From: Desulfosudaceae bacterium
Lineage (GTDB): Bacteria; Desulfobacterota; Desulfobacteria; Desulfobacterales; Desulfosudaceae
DNA: 64,000 bases
NCBI GenBank assembly: GCA_963674745.2
Contig: CAXXDV010000001.1
Location: forward strand, 2,112,001-2,176,000
Reading direction: 5' to 3'
The position numbers and the translations under genes are program-made. Under the pieces are notes generated by a model, which did not search any database, was not told where the DNA came from, and was given only the letters and a program-made list of their open reading frames with translations. Below, piece after piece: positions 6,557 through 17,008 of this stretch. The number at the start of each line of letters is the position of its first letter. The stretch's first letter is position 1.

Positions 6557-8764
6557 ATGATCGGTCAGGTTATGGATAACCGGAAAATTGATGTAAACGG
6601 TCGCAGGATGCGGCATGCGCCATGGACGGTGGATTCACAGGGGCTCTACCGGTCCCCATCCCCCAAAGAAATTTCGGAAACCTACGGCATCTCGGGTGTG
6701 GCAATCCGGGAGACGCTGATTTATTTTGAGCAATGCCGGGGCGACACGGCCGTGCTGGTTGATCGTTTGAACGATCATGTGGCCGGAGACCGGCATTATG
6801 TCACCCGCCTTCATCTGCTGGATGAAAGCCGCTGGTATACCAACGAGTATTATTTTTACCTGGTCATGTTCTGCAAGGACCTGATCGGTCGCTTTGACTG
6901 GCATTTCGGGGAGTTCTCAACGGCCCAGTTGCCCGAACATCACAAGATATGGGAAAAAGGGCCGTTGCGGTTCGTGCCCTATGCCGGCCCGGAAAAGGAC
7001 TCCACCTTCAGCATGATCAAGGCCATGCTGGATAATTATACCGCCCGGGGCATCGATTTTACAGATTTGTATGACTGGGCCGACTGTCTTTGCCTGGCAA
7101 AGACCGGCATCGGCTTCAAGGACGAGGTCGTTCATATCAAGAACACCTGGCTTTGTTCCGAGTTCTGGTATTACCTGATCGAGTTCATCAAGATTATAAC
7201 CAACATCAACAGCCCCGGCCGGATTGTGGCCGAAAGTTTCGACTATTATGAGCTGGAGGGGTTTTCTTTCGCGCCCGAAGGTATGCTGCTGCACGTGCTG
7301 ACTTACATGCTCAACAAGTCGACCCGGGCTTACCGGGTGAGTGCCGATTATGACGGCGGCAACAAGGCCGCCTTCCGGCTGACCCGTCGTCCGGAGTGGA
7401 ACGCCGGCAAGTGCGATAAGTATTTCGCGTCCACGACCCAAAACGGCGACGAGGCCATCATCACCGCCTATCAACTGATCATCATGAAGTTTTTCGGTCT
7501 GGACGTGGTGCCGGAGGTGTCGAATGTGTCCGGGGTCGGCTCGGGCACGGTCAGCTTTACCATTTCCTGGCCCCGCCGGGTGTTGCCGATTCCGTTTTTG
7601 CCCATGCTGCTTGGCAGTACCGGGTGGGCCGGGGTTTATTATCTGGCCGGCATCAACCATCCCGCCTGGCTGGCGGCCGGTCTGGCCGGAATCAATATCG
7701 GCATCGGGTTTACCCGGTATGTCAAATACGCACACAACCGGATATCCATTTTGAAAAGACAGCTGGCCCGGACCATTACCGCCAACGAGGCCAAGATCGA
7801 ACAGGCTGAAAAGATCACCCGGGATCTGCTGGAAGAAAAAAAACGGCTGCTCAAGGAGCGCCGGGAGACGATCCGCCGGTTGAAGATCACCCAGGTCTAT
7901 ACCCGCAAATCCCTGGTGGATATTATCACCGCCGGCGAGGACCCGACCTGTTTCCCTTCCACCTACCGCATGGTGTCGGTTCTGTTTGCGGATATTTATG
8001 ATTTTACCCGGTGGTCGGAGGACAGGCCGTCCATGGAAATCGTGAACATGCTCAACGGGTATTTCAATAAGATGAACCGGCATATCATGCGCGAGAATGG
8101 AGAAATCGACAAACTGATCGGTGACGGGCTCATGGCCGTGTTTGCCGACCCCGACCGGTGCCTGCGGGCCGCCATTCGCATGAGCCGCAGCCTGCGGTCA
8201 TTTAAAAACAACGGTGGGAGTGAAGGCGGCCCGGTATTCAACAGCGGTATCGGCATCAATTACGGTCAGGTGGTGGTAGGCAACATCGGTTCGGAAAGCA
8301 AGATGGATTATACCGTTATCGGTGATATCGTCAATGCCGCCAGCCGGCTGGAGGCCCTTACCCGCCATTATCGTACGGATATTATCGTCTCCGAAGCCTT
8401 TTACCGCCAGTTGACCGGTAATTATCAAATTCAGTTCCTGGATGTCGTCCAGGTCAAAGGAAGCCAGAGACCCACCCGGATTTATGAAGTCTACGATCAC
8501 CTGGACGGTAACAGCATCAGCCGCAAACAGAAAATCGGCCCTGATCTAGAAATCGCCTTTGGCTGCTATCAGGAGGGCGATTTCAGACAGGCCCTGATGA
8601 TTTATTCCGCGGTCCAGTCAAAAGCGGCCGCCTGGGGCAAAAACGGCCTGGCCCTGATGTCGACCCTGGCCTTTTACAGCGATCGCTGCCGGCACCTGCT
8701 GCGGCAGCAGCAGGCCGGGCGGTTGAGGGGATGGAAGGGGGTGTATGATTTCACCATCAAATAA
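6557..8764 (+). CDS. Class III adenylate/guanylate cyclase with N-terminal sensor-like repeats and two TMs
   Basis: VLFADIYDFT, DKLIGDGLM, YTVIGDIVNAASRLE, VKG. The Lys and Thr specificity residues point to ATP. Confidence 0.9.
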   Translation: MIGQVMDNRKIDVNGRRMRHAPWTVDSQGLYRSPSPKEISETYGISGVAIRETLIYFEQCRGDTAVLVDRLNDHVAGDRHYVTRLHLLDESRWYTNEYYFYLVMFCKDLIGRFDWHFGEFSTAQLPEHHKIWEKGPLRFVPYAGPEKDSTFSMIKAMLDNYTARGIDFTDLYDWADCLCLAKTGIGFKDEVVHIKNTWLCSEFWYYLIEFIKIITNINSPGRIVAESFDYYELEGFSFAPEGMLLHVLTYMLNKSTRAYRVSADYDGGNKAAFRLTRRPEWNAGKCDKYFASTTQNGDEAIITAYQLIIMKFFGLDVVPEVSNVSGVGSGTVSFTISWPRRVLPIPFLPMLLGSTGWAGVYYLAGINHPAWLAAGLAGINIGIGFTRYVKYAHNRISILKRQLARTITANEAKIEQAEKITRDLLEEKKRLLKERRETIRRLKITQVYTRKSLVDIITAGEDPTCFPSTYRMVSVLFADIYDFTRWSEDRPSMEIVNMLNGYFNKMNRHIMRENGEIDKLIGDGLMAVFADPDRCLRAAIRMSRSLRSFKNNGGSEGGPVFNSGIGINYGQVVVGNIGSESKMDYTVIGDIVNAASRLEALTRHYRTDIIVSEAFYRQLTGNYQIQFLDVVQVKGSQRPTRIYEVYDHLDGNSISRKQKIGPDLEIAFGCYQEGDFRQALMIYSAVQSKAAAWGKNGLALMSTLAFYSDRCRHLLRQQQAGRLRGWKGVYDFTIK

Positions 8765-8857
8765 TAGCGATCCCGGATCAAAGCTCTCTCTGCGTTGGCT
8801 GTAAATGTTGTGTTGCATGACGTTCGTAAATTCATGCGGGGCATGCACGGTAACCAT

Positions 8858-8964
8858 GTAGGGGCACCCCCCCGTGGTTGACCTTTTGGTGGGCGGCCAC
8901 AGGGGGCCGCCCCTACAATGCGCATGATCGGTACCCATGTAGGGGCAACCCCCCGTGGTTGCCC
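8858..8964. repeat. GTAG-type REP/REPIN cluster 1
   Basis: GTAGGGGCA(A/C)CCCCCCGTGGTTG(C/A)CC units plus an inverted ...GGCCGCCCCTAC unit, between convergent genes. Confidence 0.9.
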
Positions 8965-10065
8965 TTAAATCGCGTGAAGTGTAATCCGCAGAATCTCCCC
9001 CGGTTTCCAGAGGCGCATGCGGGGACCCCAGGTGCCGGTGCCGCGGCAGACGATCAGGGTCATGCCGTTGATTTTGTAACGGCCGGACATCATGGGGTAG
9101 CGGAGTCTGACCAGATAGTTGAAAGGCCAGATCTGGCCGCCGTGGGTGTGGCCGCAGAGCATGAGCCCGGCACCGCGCCGGGCGGCTTTTTCATATTCCA
9201 GGGGCGAGTGGGAAAGCAGGATGGCCGCGCCCGGTGGCCGATCAGCCAGTGCCCGGCTAACCAGGTCGGCGGTGTTGCTCTGGCGCTGGTGGTGGCTCAG
9301 GTCATCCACCCCGGCCATGATCAGGCCGGGTTTTATTTCCGTCCATTGGTTGCGCAGGAGGGTGAAACCCGCTTTTTCCATGCGTTTGATACCGCTGCCC
9401 CCAGGGCTGTAAAATTCGTGGTTGCCGGTAACGGCATAAATCCCCAGGGGCGGTTTCAGCTGTTTAAAGGAAGCGGTCAGCCTGTCTTTTTCGGCGCCGT
9501 GTCCTTCAAAGATATCACCCAGCAGGACGATGATGTCCGGATTTAAGGCCCGGATCTGTTTGATGCGTTTTGACAGCCAGCGCTGGCCGATCAGGGAACC
9601 CAGGTGCGTGTCGGATACGGCCACCAGCACGGTGCCGTCCAATTCGGCCGGCAGTCCCGGCAGGCCCACGTCATATTCTGTAATTACCGGTGGACGCAGG
9701 CCCTGGGCCAGGGCGGCCAGGGAAAGAAATGCGGCAAACGCCAGTGCCCATCCCCGCAGGCGGGGGGCAAGCTGTTTCAGGAGCAGGCCGAACAGGGTGA
9801 CCAGGTCAACCGCCAGCAGAAAGGTAAAGGCGAGTAAGACGGCGGCCATCCAGTTCATGCCGCAGAATTCCAGTATAACGGCAACCGGCCCGGTGCCGTG
9901 GTGGCCGTAAACACGGCCGGCAACAAATATGGCCCAGGTGACAACGGCGGTTATCACCAGGGCCCGCCGGGAAACATGGCGTCTGACAAAAGGGACTGTG
10001 GCCGTCCGCCAGAAGACAAAGGCCTGCATCAGGGTGGTGATGGTGATCAGTATGGTTCCAAACAT
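8965..10065 (-). CDS. Membrane-anchored metallophosphoesterase (YkuE/YaeI-like); start moved to the ATG at 10065
   Basis: SDTHLG, GDIFE, GNHE, LLSH, GHTHGGQ motifs; N-terminal TMs; RBS AAGGA just after the upstream gene's stop. Confidence 0.9.
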   Translation of the reverse strand: MFGTILITITTLMQAFVFWRTATVPFVRRHVSRRALVITAVVTWAIFVAGRVYGHHGTGPVAVILEFCGMNWMAAVLLAFTFLLAVDLVTLFGLLLKQLAPRLRGWALAFAAFLSLAALAQGLRPPVITEYDVGLPGLPAELDGTVLVAVSDTHLGSLIGQRWLSKRIKQIRALNPDIIVLLGDIFEGHGAEKDRLTASFKQLKPPLGIYAVTGNHEFYSPGGSGIKRMEKAGFTLLRNQWTEIKPGLIMAGVDDLSHHQRQSNTADLVSRALADRPPGAAILLSHSPLEYEKAARRGAGLMLCGHTHGGQIWPFNYLVRLRYPMMSGRYKINGMTLIVCRGTGTWGPRMRLWKPGEILRITLHAI

Positions 10066-10073
10066 GGCAGTCC

Positions 10074-11918
10074 TTAACGCAGCGGTCGCAGAAGGGTGGA
10101 CCCGGATTTTTTGGTCAGGGCCTGGCAGGGGCCGTTTTCCGAATCGCCGATCAAAAAAACACGGCCCATCAGGGCGTAGTATTTTTCTCTGGCCAGGGCG
10201 GTATCGGCCTGTTCCCGGGCTTGATACTCCGATCCGCGGAATACGGCGGTAATGACGATCCGATGCCCCTGACCGGCGGAAGGCGCGTGGCACATGACCA
10301 CATAGTCATCCGCTCTTAAGTCATAGGCCGCCGGCGTGGGCGGCGGTATTTGATTGATGCAGGAAAACCGGGCCCGGTTGATGCCCAGCAACTGGATGGC
10401 CAGCCCGGGATGGCGCTGACCGGCGTTCATCAGCGCCTCCTCGACCGCCGGCATGTTTTCATCGCAGCCAACCACGCACAGGCCGCTGTCCGGATTGTTG
10501 GGGTGGGAAAAATCCTGGATAAAGGCCAGGTACAGCTCTTTCTCCTCCGGGTTAACGGCCCGCAGGTCCTTGAAGCGCGTCTCCAGGGAGGAACCTGGCG
10601 GTGCCTCTTCAATGACAGGCTCAGGGGACTGAAACGGCGCTTCCAGCGGATGCAAGATCTGCTCACTGATTTCCGCTGCCCCCTTTTTCCTTTTTGACGG
10701 GTCAGGTTCAGATGGTTTTTTGGCCGAAGGCTTTTGAACCGATGAAGCGGGTTTTGGTGCTTCGGGCGGCGCCGGCTGCTCCGGTTCTTGAGGTACCGGT
10801 TCGATATCCGCCAGTTTCGATTTCCGTTTACTGCGCCTGGGCGGATCCATCCCCACTTGTTTCCAGGCCTGTTGCCAGGCGCCGTAAATCAGTCCGGGCG
10901 CCAGAACATAAAGGGTGATGCCGGCCAGCCCCAGGACCGTCCAGAGAAGGCCGAAAACAAGGAATATCCCCGCATATCCGGACAGCTTGTCATTATACGC
11001 TTGGGCCGTGGCATATTTGATAATCCCGATGCGTTCCGGCAGGGCATGGCCGACGACCGTTTCAAAATGGGCGTAGCACCGGTTCCGGGCGTCATAATCG
11101 TCGAGGCTCATGGGCTGCAGTACGCCGGTGATGGTCTGCCCGTAGCCGGCTTCCTGGTCGGCCGTGGTCCATAAAAATATGCGGTCACTGCCGTTGACCG
11201 GCACCCAGAAGTGGGTGGAAAAAAAATCCATGGATTCCCCGGTGTAGGGCTCGTCCGGAAAGACCATAAAGGCGTCGGGCCTGGCCGGCAGCATCTGCCG
11301 GGCATATTCATAAAAACCCGAAGGCAGGGTGGCCAGGGCCTGGTCATAGGTGGCCAGCAGGCCGGTCACGGACCGGCTTGTCTGCCAGTCGGAAAGATTT
11401 ATGGACGGGCCTTCGGCAATCGTTGATTTGACCCAGATCCGTTCATCGGTGCCGGAGACGGGCGCGATGGACACGGTCCTGATTTTATCGGCCGTGGCCT
11501 GCGGCGGCCAGCGGATCGTACGGGCCTCGGCGATATCGATCCGGCCATAGAGGTTGACCGCGCATCCCAACAGTCCCCGCAGGTCTTCGGCATCGGCCTG
11601 GTCGGCGCTGATATCCCAGATTTCATCCGGCGGACAGTTTCCCCAGAAAGGCGACCAGGCACCGGTACGGTAAATTTTCCGGGTAAAGTCCGGTTCGGCC
11701 GCCAGATCAATGTAAGACGGGTCGGTTCCTTCCACCCGTTCATGGGCAATGGCAAGATCGACGGTTTCGGGTGTCGGGGGCAGGCGGTGGCGGGTGCCGT
11801 AATAGGCGGCCCCGAACAGGAAGAACAGCCCGCCCACGAAGATAAACAGCACCTGGCCCAGGTTGCGCAGGTTCCAGACATACCAGATGGTGGAAAAAAA
11901 GCGTTTAAATGATGCCAT
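10074..11918 (-). CDS. Hypothetical membrane protein (TM, exported domain, TM, Pro/Lys-rich linker, cytoplasmic domain)
   Basis: A 614-aa ORF with GC-rich codon usage like its neighbours, whose stop lies 8 nt before the next gene. Confidence 0.75.
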   Translation of the reverse strand: MASFKRFFSTIWYVWNLRNLGQVLFIFVGGLFFLFGAAYYGTRHRLPPTPETVDLAIAHERVEGTDPSYIDLAAEPDFTRKIYRTGAWSPFWGNCPPDEIWDISADQADAEDLRGLLGCAVNLYGRIDIAEARTIRWPPQATADKIRTVSIAPVSGTDERIWVKSTIAEGPSINLSDWQTSRSVTGLLATYDQALATLPSGFYEYARQMLPARPDAFMVFPDEPYTGESMDFFSTHFWVPVNGSDRIFLWTTADQEAGYGQTITGVLQPMSLDDYDARNRCYAHFETVVGHALPERIGIIKYATAQAYNDKLSGYAGIFLVFGLLWTVLGLAGITLYVLAPGLIYGAWQQAWKQVGMDPPRRSKRKSKLADIEPVPQEPEQPAPPEAPKPASSVQKPSAKKPSEPDPSKRKKGAAEISEQILHPLEAPFQSPEPVIEEAPPGSSLETRFKDLRAVNPEEKELYLAFIQDFSHPNNPDSGLCVVGCDENMPAVEEALMNAGQRHPGLAIQLLGINRARFSCINQIPPPTPAAYDLRADDYVVMCHAPSAGQGHRIVITAVFRGSEYQAREQADTALAREKYYALMGRVFLIGDSENGPCQALTKKSGSTLLRPLR

Positions 11919-12081
11919 TTATACCCCGAAAAGCCGGCTCGCAAAGACCCCGGCATTTTATGATAAATGGTAAATACGGGTAGTTTTTCGCTAATGGATC
12001 AGTATACCGGCTGCGGCACAAAAATTCAATAACCGTCACGACGGACACCGGAGGATGTGCCGTGATCCGTTGGGCGAAAAT

Positions 12082-12296
12082 GCGACCCGCCGGGTCGCCC
12101 CTTGCTCGGGCGGTTGTGATGAGTTACTCCTGCCTGATCGCAGGCCATATGGATGTGGCCGTAGGGGCAACCCCCTGTGGTTGCGCTTCCATTGGGCGGC
12201 CGCCTCTCTACAACACCCATGAACGTTTACCCCGGCCCGTAGGGGCAACCCCCTGTGGTTGCCCTTCCCCGGGCAGGCACAGGGGCCTGCCCCTAC
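12082..12296. repeat. GTAG-type REP/REPIN cluster 2
   Basis: GTAGGGGCAACCCCCTGTGGTTGC at 12161 and 12239, with inverted units ending at 12210 and 12296. Confidence 0.9.
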
Positions 12297-12330
12297 AACA
12301 ATTGCGAACGTCCTCAAACCCCGTCCACCT

Positions 12331-12434
12331 AACCACTTAATCACCTAATCACCTAATCACCTAACCACTTAATCACTTAATCACTTAATCACTTAATCAC
12401 CTAATCACCTAAAACTTTAAAACCCTAAAACCTT
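12331..12434. repeat. 8-mer tandem repeat (AAYCACYT)x10 followed by (AAAACYYT)x3
   Basis: Directly readable 8-nt period. Confidence 0.95.
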
Positions 12435-12509
12435 TACCCCCTTTCGATGGCATGATATATCCGGTAACTGAATGACATCCCGGACAACGCTTACAAAACA
12501 AGAAAAATC

Positions 12510-13229
12510 ATGACACGCGGCCTGACCTTATCAGATCTCCACCTGTTCACCCGGAGATCGGGGATGACGGATTTAATCCACCTGCTCCCCGACGATATGC
12601 ATGAAATCCGCTATCTGGTGTTGAACGGTGATATTGTTGATTTCAAATGGACGGCCCTGCCGGATGTCGAAACAACGATTGAGAAGGCAGTCGACTGCGT
12701 AACGGATGTAATGGCGCGTTACCCGCATCTTGACGTTCATTATATTCTCGGCAATCATGACTGCCATCAAGCGTTTATCGAGAGGCTCCGGGAACTTGAG
12801 GACAACAGGCCGTCTTTTTTTCTGCATCCGTATTTTCTGCGGATGGGCGACCTGTTTTTTCTGCACGGGGACTGTACCAATTATTATACCCGGCATGCGG
12901 ATCTGGTGAAAAAGAGAGCATCATGGCAGAAGGTGTCAAAAAGGCATACACGTCAGGCCATGGTGTACGAAATGGCCGACAAATCAGGCATGGTCCGCCT
13001 GTTTCACCATCTCTATTTTCCGAAAAAAGCGGTGGCCAGAAGGGCGTTATATTATCTCGGGAGTCTGCCCGGGGGAATGCCCGAAGGGGTCAGGGAAATT
13101 TTTATTGGTCATTCCCATATCCCGTTTACCCGGTTTGAATATAAAAATTATTGTTTCCACAACAGTGGTTGTGGGATTAATGGGATGCGTCTGAATCCCG
13201 TTTATTTTGTGACTGAAACGAACCCGTAA
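12510..13229 (+). CDS. Calcineurin-like metallophosphoesterase (LpxH-like family)
   Basis: SDLH, NGDIVDF, GNHD, HGD, GHSH, NSG motifs. Confidence 0.85.
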   Translation: MTRGLTLSDLHLFTRRSGMTDLIHLLPDDMHEIRYLVLNGDIVDFKWTALPDVETTIEKAVDCVTDVMARYPHLDVHYILGNHDCHQAFIERLRELEDNRPSFFLHPYFLRMGDLFFLHGDCTNYYTRHADLVKKRASWQKVSKRHTRQAMVYEMADKSGMVRLFHHLYFPKKAVARRALYYLGSLPGGMPEGVREIFIGHSHIPFTRFEYKNYCFHNSGCGINGMRLNPVYFVTETNP

Positions 13230-13244
13230 AAGAGAAAACCGCCA

Positions 13245-13871
13245 ATGAAAGAAGATCATTCTACAGACGAGGCCGGGAAAAAGGTCACCTGCTATTCTGA
13301 AGGTGAACAGAAAATGATGGATGAATCCCAGAAGATCAGGGGTGCGATGTTCGGTCCCTTGCTTCGGTTTCTGGACAGATACGGCGTCAGCCCGAATCAC
13401 CTCACCTTCCTTTCGCTGCTTTCCGGGCTGGTTTTCTGCTTTGTTTTTCAATCCAGCCATGTGATTGCGATGATTTTTCTGCTCCTGCATGTACTGCTGG
13501 ACGGGTTGGATGGTCCATTGGCCCGGTACACCGGCCGGGCTTCCAACCGGGGATCTTTTACCGACACGACTTCGGATCAGATAATCGTTGCCGTATCGAC
13601 GCTGACGCTCATATATTTCGGTTATATCGGCATCATCCCCGGAGGGCTTTATATCTTTTTCTATACCATTGTCGTCATCTTTGCCATGGTCCGGAGCAGC
13701 CTTTCCATTCCCTATTCCTGGGTGGTCAGGCCGCGGTTTTATGTATATGCCTGGATTCCGGTTGAAATTTATTTTCTGCCGGGCACCATGAATTATGTGG
13801 TATGGTTTTTTACCGTTCTGCTGGCGCTGAAGATGCTGACAGGATTTATCCGGATCCGCAAAAAAATATAA
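13245..13871 (+). CDS. CDP-alcohol phosphatidyltransferase family protein
   Basis: SPNHLT and DGLDGPLAR...G...D..SD motif. Confidence 0.9.
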   Translation: MKEDHSTDEAGKKVTCYSEGEQKMMDESQKIRGAMFGPLLRFLDRYGVSPNHLTFLSLLSGLVFCFVFQSSHVIAMIFLLLHVLLDGLDGPLARYTGRASNRGSFTDTTSDQIIVAVSTLTLIYFGYIGIIPGGLYIFFYTIVVIFAMVRSSLSIPYSWVVRPRFYVYAWIPVEIYFLPGTMNYVVWFFTVLLALKMLTGFIRIRKKI

Positions 13872-13902
13872 ATAGTGTCCTGACAACCCGGGAGCCTTTA
13901 TT

Positions 13903-16580
13903 ATGTCAAAAAATCGCGTCGTCTATCTGATCGACGGTACCGCTTATATCCACCGCGGCTATCATGCCGTGCGCAGTCTGTCCAACTCTCAGGGGCTGCC
14001 TACCAACGCCGCTTTTTCATTTACCCGCATGCTGCAGAAATTCATGAAGGAGCGTCAGCCGGAATACGCGGTGGTGCTGTTTGACGCCAAGGGGCCCACC
14101 TTCCGCCATGAGATATACCAGGAATATAAGGCCAACCGGTCCGCCATGCCCGAAGACATGGCCGTCCAGATTCCTTACATTAAGAAAATCGTGGATGCCT
14201 TCCGGGTGCCCATGCTGGAGATGCCGGGATATGAAGCCGACGACCTGATCGGAACCCTGGCCCGTCAGGCGGTGGACGGGGGCTTTGACGTGGTCATCGT
14301 GTCCGGTGACAAGGATTTCGCCCAGCTGGTGAGCGACCGGGTTACCATCTGGGACCCCATGAAAGAGGTGAGTGTCGACCCGGCCGCGGTTCGTGAAAAA
14401 TTCGGTATTGAACCGGAGCAGGTCATTGACGCCATGGCCCTGTCAGGCGACAGTTCCGATAATATTCCCGGTATTCCCGGCATCGGCCCCAAGACCGCTT
14501 TTTCCCTGATCCGGGAATTCGGATCTTTGGATAAAATTTACGATCAGGTGGATACCATTACCAAAAAGAAGCAGAAGGAGAACCTGGTCAACTTCAAGGA
14601 CCAGGCTTACCTGAGCCGTCAGCTGGTCACCATCGACACCGGGGCGCCGGTGGATTATGACGCGGCAAAATTCCAGGTGGCCGGGCCGGACAACAACGCC
14701 CTGTCGGACCTGTTCGGAGAGCTGGAGTTTTCCGCGCTGCAAAAAGAGTTCCCCAAAAAAAGCGACCTGTCGGGGAAAACATACGCGGCCGTGCTTACCA
14801 TGGACGACCTGGAGCGGCTGGTTGACCGTCTGGGCAGCGTGTCCTGCTTTGCGCTGGATACGGAAACCACCGGCCTTGATCCCATGCGGGCGGAACTGGT
14901 GGGCATGTCTTTTGCCATGGCCGCGGACGAAGCGTTTTATATTCCCCTGGGACATGATTATGAGGGGGTGCCGCAACAGCTTGATCTGAAGGCCGTGTTG
15001 GACAGGCTGCAACCGGTTCTGGACGACGCCGGTATTGTGAAGATCGGTCAGAACATCAAGTATGACTGGACCCTGCTTTCGCGTTACGACGTGTCCATCA
15101 AAGGCCCGGTGTTTGACACCATGGTGGCGGCTTACCTGGTCAACCCGGCCCGGCGGGGATACAGTCTGGATCAGATCGCCCTGGATTACCTGGACCATAA
15201 GACCATTTCCTACCAGGAAGTGACCGGCACCGGCAAAAACGCGATCTGTTTTTCACAGGTCAGCATCGAAAATGCCGTGCCATATGCCTGCGAGGATGCC
15301 GATATAACTTTTATGGCCTATGAACTGCTGGCGGAAAAGTTAAAACAGGACGGTCTGATGGAACTGTTTGAGACCATCGAAATGCCCCTGGTGTCGGTGC
15401 TGATGGCCATGGAAATGCGCGGGGTGACCGTGGACAAAGACGCCCTGCAGGCGTTGTCCAAAGATTTCGAGGGGCAGCTGGCCAACCTGGAAAAAGAAAT
15501 TTACAGCCTGGCCGGCGAGGAATTCAACATCAATTCCCCCCAGCAGCTGGGTGTTATTCTGTTGAGAAGCTGGGGCTGCCGACCCAGAAGAAAACCAAGA
15601 AAAAGACCGGCTACTCTACGGACGCGGACGTGTTGACGGCCCTGGCCGGTCATCATGAACTGCCGGTCATACTGTTGCGTCACCGCACCCTGTCCAAGCT
15701 GAAATCCACCTATGCCGACGCCTTGTTCGGGCTGATCAACCCCGACACCGGCCGCATCCACACCTCGTTCAACCAGACGGCCACGGCCACCGGCCGCCTG
15801 AGCAGCACCGACCCCAACCTGCAGAACATTCCCATCCGCACCGACGAGGGCCGGCAGATCCGGCAGGCCTTTATCCCCCGGCCGGGCTGGACATTCGTGG
15901 CCGCTGACTATTCCCAGATCGAGCTGCGCATCCTGGCCCATTATTCGCAGGATGCCATCCTGATCGAATCGTTTGAAAAGGATGAGGACATTCACACCCG
16001 TACGGCCAGTGAGGTGTTCCAGGTCTTTCCCGAGATGATTACCGAGGATGTGCGGCGGCAGGCCAAGGCCATCAATTTCGGGATCGTTTACGGTATCAGC
16101 CCGTTCGGCCTCTCCCGGGACCTGGGTATCAGCCAGAAGATGGCCAGAAATTATATTGACAGCTATTTTGACCGGTACAGCGGCGTCAAGCGGTTTATGG
16201 ACGAAGCCATCGCTGCGGCCAGGGAGACCAGACAGACCCGGACCCTGTTCGGCCGGGTCCGGTACCTGCCTGATATCGAAAGCCGGAATGCCACCGTGCG
16301 CGGATTTGCCGAGAGGGCGGCCATCAATACGCCCATCCAGGGCACGGCCGCGGATATCATCAAGCTGGCCATGATCGGGGTGGAGAAAGCGCTGGCCGAA
16401 AAGCAGCTGGCCTCTGTCATGCTGCTGTCGGTCCATGATGAACTGGTGCTGGAAAGTCCGCCCGAAGAAATCAAAACGGTTTCCGACCTGGTCCGGGATG
16501 TGATGGAGCACCTCTGCGACCTGGCCGTTCATTTGAAGGTGAATATTGCATCAGGCCCCAACTGGGCGGCCGCCCATTAA
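13903..16580 (+). CDS. polA: DNA polymerase I, split by a 1-nt deletion at ~15562 (ORFs 13903-15636 and 15630-16580)
   Basis: 5'-3' exonuclease (LIDG, YKANR, EADD, GDSSDNIPG), 3'-5' exonuclease (DTETT), and polymerase motifs (TGRLSS, DYSQIELR, KAINFG, VHDE). Restoring one base gives ...VILFEKLGLP...GYSTDADVL. Confidence 0.95.
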
Positions 16581-16618
16581 CAGGCGCCTGCCTGAACACA
16601 GGCCATATCGGTGTGGGC

Positions 16619-16848
16619 GTAGGGGCAACCCCCCGTGGTTGCCCTTTGATCGGGCGGCTGTGATCGATTGCCTTGCCGGATTGCAGGCCATATGAATACG
16701 GGCGTAGGGGCAACCCCCCGTGGTTGCCCAATCGCCGGGCAGGCACAGGGGCCTGCCCCTACATTGTTCATGAACGCCTTACACGGCCCGTAGGGGCAAC
16801 CCCCCGTGGTTGCCCTTCTGCCGGGCGGCCACGGGGGGCCGCCCCTAC
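16619..16848. repeat. GTAG-type REP/REPIN cluster 3
   Basis: GTAGGGGCAACCCCCCGTGGTTGCCC at 16619, 16704 and 16790, with inverted units ending at 16762 and 16848. Confidence 0.92.
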
Positions 16849-16913
16849 AACATTTGCGAGCGGCCTGCAGAACGGAGGAATGAGCCAGGGGGGCGGGTCC
16901 CCCAAATGACATC

Positions 16914-16960
16914 TAACACATAACCACCTGATCACTTAACCACTTAACCACATAATCACC
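16914..16960. repeat. Degenerate (AAYCACYT)n 8-mer tract
   Basis: taaccacctgatcacttaaccacttaaccacataatcacc; same unit as 12331-12410. Confidence 0.8.
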
Positions 16961-17008
16961 GAAATATACGAACAGGTTGAATATTTGACAATTTCATCGA
17001 GGTAGAAG

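Noticed and set aside
8878..9546. ORFs containing 'RGNPPWLP', 'ATTGGCPY' or 'VGAPPCGCP' peptides (also near 12036-12344, 16577-16912, 53909-54793)
   Set aside because: They are translations of REP units or antisense shadows of real genes.
12331..12410. Telomere-like or CRISPR-like repeat
   Set aside because: It is an internal, degenerate 8-mer with no spacers and no associated RT or cas gene in the window. It is kept only as a dispersed repeat family.
15630..16580. Separate Klenow-like polymerase gene or programmed frameshift
   Set aside because: Homology to PolA continues upstream in the same frame to ~15564, there is no RBS or slippery site, and a single-base deletion explains it.
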